The notes below the pieces were generated by a model. The model did no database searches. It worked only from the letters and a program-made list of their open reading frames with translations, and had not been told where the DNA came from. From Perkinsus chesapeaki ATCC PRA-425 (lineage: Eukaryota > Protista > Perkinsozoa), in the NCBI GenBank assembly GCA_013115145.1, contig JAAPAO010000058.1, positions 1 through 64,000 of the forward strand: a stretch of DNA of 64,000 nt, given 5' to 3'. Below are positions 49,948 to 60,412 of the stretch, one piece after another (the first letter of the stretch is position 1; every line of letters starts with the position of its first letter). The position numbers were made by a program, and so were the translations under genes.

Positions 49948-51126
49948 TCACAAGGCCTTCTCATCAGAGCTCGACTCTCCCCCGTCTCGATCAGCCTTGT
50001 TCATCTCTTCTAAAAAACGTTCCTTCGACATATCGGTTCTCTCGCGCAGATAAACTGGAAATCGAGGACGCCCTGTGACGGCCGAAATCTCAGAGTACTT
50101 GTACTGAATAACAGTGCCAACCTAACAAAGCCTTACAGTTGCTACACAATGAGGTGCCCTTACCGGTGGTGGATCCTTTCGAACCTCATCAGTCAGCCCC
50201 GACCCTAACTTGAATATAGTCCTATCCCTGTCCACCGCAACCAAGGAGGATACCCCTCTGTCGGCACCGCGGCCTTCATAGGTTACATGACCAATTACCA
50301 ATGCTTCCGAATCATCGTGGAGCTTCACTTTAACAATACCTGGGTTCCGCTTGCCAGATAGATACTTTCCTTGGGGATCTCGCAATATAAGTCCCTCTCC
50401 GCCAGCTTTGACCATATCCTCGCATAGCCTAGTAACGTCACTGTGACCCTCTAGTGTACAGAGCGGCGAGTGCAGGAATATGTGTGGATGGGGAAAGGAT
50501 GGAGACATCAGCCAAGCCGCCGGGATATCTTTGGGAATCGCACTAGAAAGATTTGTAAGGTCAACTCCGGCCGTAATGGGTTCTAGGAGTTGCCGCAAGA
50601 TATCTAAACGCTCCGAGTAGGGCAAGTGCGCAGTTTCGTCCGAGGCCAAGTCGTAGATATGATACTGAACCTGGAAATGACACGGTCAGCGAATCCAAGC
50701 TTGAAATATCTTACCTTGGCCCAACCTTCTGGGCAGTTATGTCGTCGCACAATCCCCGCGGCTTCACAAAAGGTCTGCCTGCCCATCCAGAGCTCACCAT
50801 CCAAAAAAATATTCGGGCCGAGATGGCGCTCCAACGGAGCTCCAAACCATGGTGGCGGCCGGAACCTACACAGGTCGCTTTCAGTCGCAGCCATACCGAT
50901 GCTGTACATACGTAAGACCATAACGACTATGGAACTTTCCTTGGCCCCACATGGCTCTAACACCATCAAGCTTTTCGGCGCAGAGCCAGCCTGCGTAACT
51001 GTGCTGATCCTTCAAGGCCTTTGAGCACAAGGTAAAAGCCGGCCGCGATGGTAGACGACTCCGAAGTACAGGAGCGGTGGCTAGAGTAGTGGATACTACA
51101 CTTTGGGGTAGGGTAGCAACCGACAT
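49948..51126 (-). CDS. Minimal ATP-dependent DNA ligase (adenylation + OB fold), with probable organellar presequence
   Basis: Motif I AEKLDGVRA; III LDGELW; IIIa YHIYDL; IV GEGLILRD; V VKVK; OB fold with FKLGSG and motif VI GRPRFPVYLRER. Interrupted by several GT-AG introns. Confidence 0.9.
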
Positions 51127-51299
51127 TCAACTGAGGACAATGTAATTGCGTTAATCCTTGGAGTTTCTGGGCGCGCGCCATTTTCAAAATTCATTATTTT
51201 TATCATTATCGGCACGTGTGCGTGGTAGATTGGTTGTACTTAAATGAGTGACCGTCCACAGCAGCAACAACAGCCTGGATGCTTCTCCTGTGTCAAGGA

Positions 51300-53345
51300 G
51301 ATGCTCTCCCGTGCTGGCTTACTCCTTAGGAATGAAGTTAAGGAAACTAGATCAATGCTTAGTAGTGCCGCGCTTCAACCTAAGATTCCCGAATGCTCCA
51401 CTAGGTGACCGCGAAGGTTTCAGCGGCACTCCTCAGTTAAGCCCATTTGTGGTTGATCGTAATAGAGTCCGTAGCAGTAGTACTGTCAGTCGACTAGGCC
51501 TAGAGTAATACCTCTATCTCTCGTGACTGGTATTGTTTCCCTCTATCAGTGAGACCGTATCCTGTCGAAGACCCTACGCCAGCTATAGCACAGCCAGTCG
51601 ACTAGGCAGAAGGTAGCTACTACTTACTCTTAAGTACTGGTGAACCCTCCCTTCAGTCCCGACGATGTCCCATCCTATAGCAGTAGTGATTCTTGTAGAG
51701 CACGCATGCCCGTAGTCGCCACCAAGGTAGCTACTATTGGAGGACTTCATAGCAGCTACTTGATCAGGTCAGCATAATTTGTGATGATGTAGTACCGTGC
51801 GATTCCCTTATTAAAACCGTGTGCTCGGGCTGCAAGGCTAGCAGCATGTTCGACGACACCGTGGCGTAATACACCCCTATCGAGTGGACTCGCTAACTAG
51901 CTGCACAGGATCTGGTCGTCCTCGTTCCTTTCCTCGTCATCTTCCTGTGGTTCATTTATTAGCACTAAGAGTAACGAAAGCAATGAGTATCTTACTGAGA
52001 TGGCCGGTCGAGTGCCCCATGAGGCATGTCTGATGGCCGACCTATCTACCGTGGCCAAGTGGGCCGATATAATGGTACTAAGGGGAGGGCGGCTCGGTAT
52101 TACAGATTCTACATCAGATCCTCGCGGTTTCTTCTAGAGTTTACGAGCAAGTTCTGGTATCATTAGTAGGAAAAATTAAGCAGGCTTCAGAGAAGGCCCC
52201 GTCACTTTGCCTGGTACCTTGGAACTCTGGCGGTCTTGGCTTTGACTTTTAAATAGTACCTCCGCCCGGGCCAGAATATCCCTATCGATGAGGATGGCTT
52301 CATATCCCTCTCTGATATGGCCATCACCACTCTACGACCAAGTGGGTTGGCTAGCGCCACTGTGGTAAGTCCGACGCCCGCCGATATCATTACGCTAATA
52401 ACTCAGATGTTTAACCTCGGCACGAAGAGTCCCCGATTCGTAATAGGATCTCACGACCCTTCTCAAGGGGAGTTGCTGGCCGCCTTAATAGAGTCGGCCA
52501 ATGCTTCAGCGGATGCATGGGTGATCGAGCAGCCGAATGCCGTGGAGGCAATCTTCGCTCTCGGTCCCTTGGTGAAAGCAGCAATAGCCTCTGGCCCGGT
52601 AGATGGAAGGAGCTCGCGAGAGTTGACAATAATAGGAGAAGTGCAGACACTACTTAGGCGATATATGCGGTATAATAAGGTAGCATGAGAGGACCTATGG
52701 ATGGCTAGGGGGACTTTGGGACACTCAGGAACCATCGTGTTGTCGGCTTATACCGCAAATTGTCCACTACATGGCCTCGGAGCCAGCTGGTGGTGATAGT
52801 AGTGGTAGCGGTCTATCTACTCTGTGTCTTGCTCGGGACTTCCTCACTTTTGTGCACCACAAGAATCTCACCAATAAAGTTCCGGAGCTCACCGGTGTGG
52901 CCTGCGATATACTTGGTAAGCATCTTCAAGCCGAACTACTGGTATGATCTTTCTATTAGAGGAAAAATACGGCCTTAAAGCCATCACCGGGCCAGGTGAA
53001 ATGTACAGCCCCGCAGCCACACGTGCCGAGGGCTGCCCTCCTCCTTCATCGGTCGATGCACCTACAGCAGCAGAAGCTATTACAAGCCATCAACCTCTCG
53101 CTATTGTTGCCAACTAATCCTATGTCCAAATGAAGATGATGATGACGCTGTTCGATTCTAACTTAGCTGTATCAGCGTAGTTTTGTAGTAGCCATTACTA
53201 GCACTTCAGTATCAATACATATCCTTTCCTTATCGATATTATCCCTCCTGCAGCAGCTCAGCGATGCTCCGTGCCGAGGTTGCCGCACAGACATTGCTTA
53301 TTGGGCAGGTTGGAACTCTATAGGTTTTTGACCTCATCATCATGG
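51300..53345 (-). CDS. Hypothetical protein(s), multi-exon
   Basis: Protein-like minus-strand segments bounded by GT/AG (ARVAAGLYISPGPVMALRPYF, HIREGYEAILIDRDILARAEVLF, HGVVEHAASLAARAHGFNKGIARYYII). No family recognised; model is unresolved. Confidence 0.35.
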
Positions 53346-53758
53346 CTGCTACTGTCCTACGTATTATTATTGCTATAGGCTGCTAAGTTGTCTGTCATGC
53401 TCTATTACGGTCGCCTGGACTCCCTACTGAGAATGGCAGTAGTATTATTGCCCACATTATATCGATGTTGACACCGCTTGTGCTCCTGCTTCTCGTTCTC
53501 CAACCTTTGGGGTTCTCCGGAGCCATCGCAAGTCGTTCGATCCATTGGCCGTTTTCCTTCCCTCAGGAACGGCATTCGTCTCGCCTGACCAAGTTGCTGT
53601 GCAGGCTCGGCCAGATATACCCCGGCGTAGTTGTTACCGTCGGAACCGTGGTTTCGTTTCTCTCGTGCGTATTCGTGGAATGATAATCAATTTATGTCAC
53701 TGTCCCCTTTCTTGTGTTGCTCCTCCTTCTGGACTTGGCCTTATTAAGTTACCTTTGA

Positions 53759-56106
53759 ATGTCCAATAGATCACCTTTTCGGAATCTCTATGTCTCCCAC
53801 GCTCTCTCGACAATCGGCGATAGGATATGGCAGGTAGCGGCGTCGAGCTTGGCTTGGACGCTGCAGTCTCTTTTGCCTCAGTTTGCAGTGCCACTCCTCC
53901 TAGTGGATATATTTCCCTTCACGCTCCTCCCCACGGCCATATTCGTATTCTTCACAGGCCTTGCAAAAGCAGCGTTGTTGCCCTTCTTGGGGAGGATAGT
54001 GGACAGTAGGAATGGATTGCCTGGGCGAGGCGGGAAATGGCTACTCTAGTACAGAATTTCAGGGCTGCTAAGTTTTAAGGGTAGTATCTGGAGGCATGGG
54101 TAGATGAGCTAGTTCGTGGTATTGTTATAGGGCGTTCGGGGGGCGAGGCGTTGTTTTAATGTCGTAACCTCCGTAATGTAGAGGAAACTATTGCAAGTAG
54201 TGCGATTTGGAGCAAATATGTATCTAGAGTCCTCGGAGATCCGCTGCCTTTTAGTTGTCGGTCCATCATCGCCGCCCTTTTAAGGTATTTCGCTCCATTC
54301 AAGTCCTGCTAACAGGCACTGATCGGTTGCTAGTGGCCAAGATGGGCTCCTTTGTCCAGAATGCTGCTATTGCTATCTCAATGGTTCTCCTGTTCGTACT
54401 GGATATAGTCACAGACTCCCATAGCCATCACCCATGGACTGCAAGCTCTATTGCGCTCTACGTGAGCCGATGTTTTCCATTTTCCTGCAAGTTGCTCTTC
54501 TTCGTAGGTTGTCTTCCTCATAGTGGGCATTACTGGTGATGTCATCTCATCGGTAGCGACAATCAACGTGGAGAAGAACTGGGTTATGATAATAGTTGAA
54601 GATACTTGGTAGTAGTACCGATGGCCAATCTATCTTAGCAGTGGCCTTCCAGCTCAGTGGACCCTACAGAGAACCCCATGGACCTTCAGACTCATTTAAA
54701 TAGCATTCTTCGGAGGATCGATTTGGTGGCTAAAATGGCCAGTCCCTTGGTTATCGGTCTTCTCCTGGTAAGGCCTTACCCATATCATCTCATAGTGTAG
54801 CGAGCTCTGCTCTTCAGACCGGTGGTCGTAGCACTGTTATACGAGGCCTTGTAGCTGTAGGTGGATGGTGTTTGCTTACAGCATGGCCCATCTATGCTAC
54901 GTGGAAGCGAGTTTATGACACCTATCCAGGCCTCAGGGTTAAGCCTACCGCAGGGGAGGCTCCCCCGGCAAGGAGTAACATATTAGCTGTGCTTTGGAGC
55001 AGCTGGGCATCGTAAGAACCAGACGTGAGTTAGTCGCCTATTTGAGGGTTTACACAGGATAGCGGGTGTCAGTGCCGGTATAATGAACCCGTCTTAGTGA
55101 ATGTCTTTAGTATATGTTAACCAACTACAGCGACGCTAATTGCTATGATAGCATCACTCCTTTCCGGTGTGAAGGGGTTCCCTTCAGGTACTCTCGTCAT
55201 CCAGTATTTCTAGCATCGCTCAGTTATTGCTTCCTACACTTCACAGTCCTATCTGATCATCACCCCCTCAGTACGCCCCTCGCTCTGCACCATCCTCGCC
55301 AGATTGTTATTTCTCAGCTACCGCCTTCCTTGCTGAGGAGAATATGTCGCCGTTCGCCCTCGGTGTCGCCAGAGCTGCTGGTAGCATCTCGGGGATCTTG
55401 GCCACGGCAATCTGGCCTAAGATCGTCAAAACTTGTCACGACGACAGCGTAAGTTATCGTTGCATTGCCGGATTGTACCGCTGCCTACTAGGTACGAGCT
55501 GGCGGTTTGGCCTTGTGGGCCTTCTGGGGCTGCATCACCCTCATTGCGATTGAGTTTGCGTTTCACACACCGTAGGGACTGGCTTCTGTACAGGAGGCAG
55601 AGTATTCCTAGTGTTAGGATCGAGACTGCGTTCATGTTGACTATGATTGTCATTTCGAGGATGTTCCTATGGCAATTCGACTTGGCCAATGTCGCCATTA
55701 TTCAACGTCTAGTCGCCCAGAGTGAACGAGTAGGTCTACCAGCCTTGCCAACTCAATTCTCTTCCAGTCGGAACTCACAGCCACACAAGTAGCGACATGC
55801 CAGCTGTTGGAGATGCTGATGGGCCTCTTTGGTATATTCCTCAGCAAGCCAGCCGATTTCAAGGTCACCCGCAACTGCTCAGCCGTTGCTGTATCACTTC
55901 GTTATCTTTTAGGATCTCGTATGGCTCTCTACGGCGGGTATATCAGCCAGCTTGGGGCTCTATCTCATATGGCAGACCTTTGTGTTACCCAGAATACTAG
56001 GCACTACTGTCAGGCATCCTTTGCTGCTCTGATCAAACAGTTTCACCGACTCGATACGTCCCGTCTGGCAGGGCCTATTCCGCATTGCGTCGGTTCGCTC
56101 GGTTGA
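53759..56106 (+). CDS. Ferroportin (SLC40/FPN1/IREG) family metal exporter
   Basis: LYVSHALSTIGDRIWQ|FAVPLLL; PFLGRIVD; INVEKNWV; HLNSILRRIDLVAKMASPLVIG; SRMFLWQFDLANVAIIQRLVAQSER. Confidence 0.88.
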
Positions 56107-56160
56107 GTTCCTTCTCAGGAGCTGTCAAGCTTATCAATACTGCCCGTTAGTTTCTTCCAT

Positions 56161-57243
56161 ATGTCCGGTCTTCGTCGGCATTCCTATCCCACTCCTTCCG
56201 AGGTTAAAAGCAGCGAATCTAGCTGTCATGCGTGCACTGAGAACGTTCGCGCTCTACTGGATGCGCGGCGTCGACTTGAAGATCTCACGGCCCAGGTATC
56301 TTGTTCATTTTCGCCGATCCCCATGAGCTTCCCCAACTCAGGTCGCTAACAGTGGTCCGGAGGGGCTGAGCCCATCGCACATGGTCAACGAGCAATTAGG
56401 GGTACAGTTGGAGGAGATGAAGGAAAGTCGGTATAGCGGCCTTACATGGGATGCAACATTCTGTTCGTTGACAGTTGCCGGGCAGCTTGCAGAGCTATTC
56501 CGAGACCTCCTCGCTGTCCTCGAGGCTGGTTATCATAACAAAGCTGATGTCGGCACTCTCGGGTGAGCAGACCCTTAAACTTGGTACCGGTTTATTTATT
56601 CAGCCTTGATTTGCTCAAGTGTCTGGCACCAGTGAAAGGGTTCGGGCAAATCCTGACGGATCACTATGACCGTTTCGAGAGTTCCATAGCAGCGGCCGGC
56701 TACAAGACGATGGAACGCCCAGCTGTGTATCCTACCCCACGGCCACTACCTGACCACGGCAGAGCCCACCAGGAGTTCTCGGACGTGGTCGCCGCGTACC
56801 GTTCCGAGCGCTATCCGCTAGAGTCAGATTCTGACAGCGCGTCGACGGGTTTTAGTGCCGCAAGACGGCGACTGCCGCCGTCCTCCGCGGCCTCCTCCTC
56901 AGAGCACGCCCGTCCTCCTCCTCATATCCCAAGCCCTTCCCGAGTTGGTGCTGACATAGGGGTGGCCCGGGGCATGCCTTATAGAACTAGAGCGGTAGAG
57001 GAGCATGCTGAATCTGATGATGAGGATCTCGGTTCATTCCTCGACCATTTGCGGCGGAAATCCATGCGGACACCTTTGCCGAGTTCATCGGTCGCGACTG
57101 ACCGAGACGAGGAAGTCTCCCGATTTCTGGACAGAGTAATTCCGCAAGGCGCTCCCAGTCGCTCCTCGGTCCCAGCAATACCTTACCACGGCGACGGATG
57201 GCGGGCCGGCTCCACAAGGCTCCATCGGCAGACTTTGGCCTAG
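56161..57243 (+). CDS. Hypothetical protein (N-terminal coiled coil, disordered C-terminus)
   Basis: Exons LLDARRRLEDLTAQ, VNEQLGVQLEEMKESR and a long S/R/P-rich last exon ending at 57243. Confidence 0.5.
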
Positions 57244-57470
57244 CTGTTAGGCGAGCATGCATTTGCGCTTGATAGCTGATGTTGACTTGCTTTTGCTGTT
57301 GTGTTAGTGTGCCGCCGCCGCCGAATGAAGTGTCTCCTTTTCCTTTCCCAGTTTACTTTGTTGTTATCTTTGTGTTTATTGTATGTTGCCCATTCCCAGT
57401 AGAACCACAGCAGCCAGTCTATCCACTAACTCTCAAAAGATCAGCTCGACTGTCTTTTTAGACCACTGTA

Positions 57471-58200
57471 ATGGAACCGAGGTGAGCCTAAGCTGAAGCT
57501 GTGTCTTCCACGGTTCATGTTCTCCTAGGCTGGTCGTCCCCACGCGTGCCCTTCATTATCCATCCCTGCGTGCGCCAGTGCTTTCTCCGAGAATACTATT
57601 TTCGATGACGAGACTGCATTGGACACCCGCATCATCAAGGCCATGTATAATGCTGAGTTTAATAAACGAAATACCGCCGCTACATGTCACAGCCCCAGTG
57701 TCAAATCTGATAACGGTTCGGACTCCACCACGGAGACTTGGTCGGATTCAGTACCAGCCTCTGGGAAGAGAACAAAAAGTGTCTACTTCAATGAGCAGGT
57801 CAGCAACGATACACTCACCCCCTTTATTCGGTAGCAGTGGTTCCTCTGTAGGTAGAATTCAACTTCCCAAATTCGGTCCAAGTCCAGCGGGGCGGCGTTG
57901 GCGACGGCCTCGAAGATCTCCGACTTGTTAGCGATGTGAAGTGTTTCGATGGTCGCAGCATCTATTCACTTGCTGGTGGATGTCCCGGTCTATGGAAGGA
58001 TGCCTCTCATGCCTCCATTCGGAAGATGGTGAGGTGGATGACAACTTCAGGAGTCGATGTACCATCACATCGTGAACGCGCAAGGTAACCTTACCATCTA
58101 CCTAACCAGCGATTATTGCCAGCAGCACCCAATGTTTCAGGTCGTACTATTCTGCCGATGATATGGCCAAGGACGGCTATCTATGTTAATACATCTCTTT
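57471..58200 (+). CDS. Hypothetical short protein
   Basis: Open exons (DTRIIKAMYNAEFNKR..KSVYFNEQ; VEFNFPNSVQV..) separated by GT-AG introns. The frame of the first exon is ambiguous. Confidence 0.35.
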
Positions 58201-58576
58201 TCCCTACACTTCTACGGGAAAGTCGCCCCCCGCTCAGTAGCATGGGTTTTCCTAGATTTTATATTAGCATTCTTAAACATTAGCAACCCTCTCGCGCTTT
58301 GTAGTGCCATTGTATCATCACCACTGATCAAACCTATCGGTCATTCCTCCATGGGTTTGCTGGCGCGATAGTGTGTACATTTGTTTTTCGTGGCCTTAGG
58401 CCGCCTACTAAGCAGACTTTGTCTGATTGTATATCCAACACCACCATCTAGAAGTTTTTTTCCTTGTTAAACGGATCATTCCGTATCACCACTTTGTGTC
58501 CCAGTTGCGTTGGCAGTTCTGTGGCGGGCATGGGTGGGATGGTAAACGGTAGCCAATACTGCTGGTAATAGAAAAT

Positions 58577-60383
58577 ATGCGTTTGATCTTTCATAACCCA
58601 ACACCATCAACCAGCGATAAAGAAACTCCCCAAGAGGATAACAGTGAAGAGGAGGATTTCGAGGCGGAACTGAAGGCCAGGGACACCGACTTGGACGAGC
58701 TTAAAGTAGGTAATACAGGATGACCGAGGTGGATGGGCCTCACTTCGGTACAGGCCTCCCTCGCCTCTACTAGAGAGGACCTCAATGCAACGGCGAAGAA
58801 GCTAACAGGGGATCTAGGCAAAGCTGAGGGAACTATTGAGTCTCAGAAAAGGGAGTTGGTCTGCGCGCAAGACCTCTACAAGTGAGTATCAGGTTTCGCT
58901 ACTCATTCGGGAAGTATAATGTGGCAGGTTCTCGTCAGAGCAATGTAAACTAATCGCAGATTATTGGCAAGGGCAGGCCGCGATGAAGGACCAGAATATC
59001 GCTTTTTTCAATCAGAAGTTGGCGGATGTACCACACGGTCACAGCACGCCTGAGTGAGTAGAGTATCCATGTTCAGGCAGAAGCGGGGGGTAGCACAGCC
59101 AAGGGGACGGTCATTGGTCACTTCAAAGAACCTGCCACGGCGAAGGACGAACTTGAGTGTCTTCAAGACCGGCATGACAAGTTGCTGGTCACTTGTCTGA
59201 AGCTGGAGAGAGAGCTGCATCGTTTGAGGCAGCCAGATGATGATAGGCGGGAGGTAGTGTACCGAGTAGCGGGTCATGTTGATAGGGACGTAATAATCAG
59301 GATCACACCGACGGTAGTTCTGTGGCCAGCCCAAATTCAACACCATCGCAGAGCAGCAGCAGAAGCGTGTCACTACGAGCCCAAGACGACAGCGATGAAG
59401 ATGATGAGGCGAAGTCATCACCATCCCCCTTGAAGCGGTAAGGCTGGTCGGTTTAATTTCATTGATCACATGGCTGTAGGTCTACATCAGAGCCCTCCTG
59501 CCTGGGGGGTACATCGGAATCTAGCTGCGTTCGTCGGGCATCCTCTGTCGACCTTCAAAGAGCGCCTAGTAGTTTCGCCAGTATAACCTCCGACTCGTCT
59601 GAAGAGGAGGATGAGGTTGCAGAGGCAGTGCAGGTATAATCGATTGTCGCCAGTTGTTGTCATTTCCGGCACCTCTCAGAATTTGCATCACTGCACTTGG
59701 CGGGCCCAGCTAGGAGTGAGAGTACAGCAGCTTGAGAGGCTGTCTAAACAGCTTGATGACACGTAGTGCTCTCTTCAAGGCGCATGGCGCGTCGCTTTAT
59801 TCATACCGTATTTTGTATTATATTGTGAACTTGTGATGGCCTAGTAGTCAACTTCTGGCCTTGACCATCCTAGCCAATGTTGATGTTGGAAAATGAAGAG
59901 CTGGTAGAGATGCATTCTTACTACTTATCAGATACAACACTAGTTTGAATCTTGGCGACCAATTGCGCCAGCAATCTGAGCAAATACTGAAGCTGCAAGG
60001 GCGAGTTAATGAGCTAGAGGTGTCAGAAAAGAAGTGGCAGAAGGTCGGTTCTAAGGTGCTATTATCTCCATCTTCCATTCTTTGAGCTTGCCTCCCAGGC
60101 CCAGACACAGTTGGGCATCTGCTTGGCAAGTTTGACCCAGCAGACGTCAGAGATGGACCAGCTGGCCTTGAAGCAGAATGATCATCGACTGGCCCGATCT
60201 GCGACAGCATGGAAGGCGAAGGTCGAGAGCTACCGAAAAGAGGTATCCTCCACGGTGACTTTGGGGTGTGAATCAGTGGTCAGATTGAGAACATGCGAAC
60301 GGAGATAGAGGACGCGGAGCGATCTGCCCCGGACGGATCTCGAATTCATTGATGAGCCCGATCCGCTGGCATTCACCTGTTAA
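58577..60383 (+). CDS. Hypothetical coiled-coil protein, multi-exon
   Basis: EAELKARDTDLDELK, LRVRVQQLERLSKQLD, LQGRVNELEVSEKKWQK, AWKAKVESYRKE; regular short introns. Confidence 0.6.
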
Positions 60384-60412
60384 CATTTCCCACGGTCGGG
60401 TTTCATAAGAGA

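Noticed and set aside
51487-51607. 13-bp direct repeat CAGTCGACTAGGC (51487 and 51595)
   Set aside because: Only two copies, with no array, terminal repeats or transposase; not CRISPR-like.
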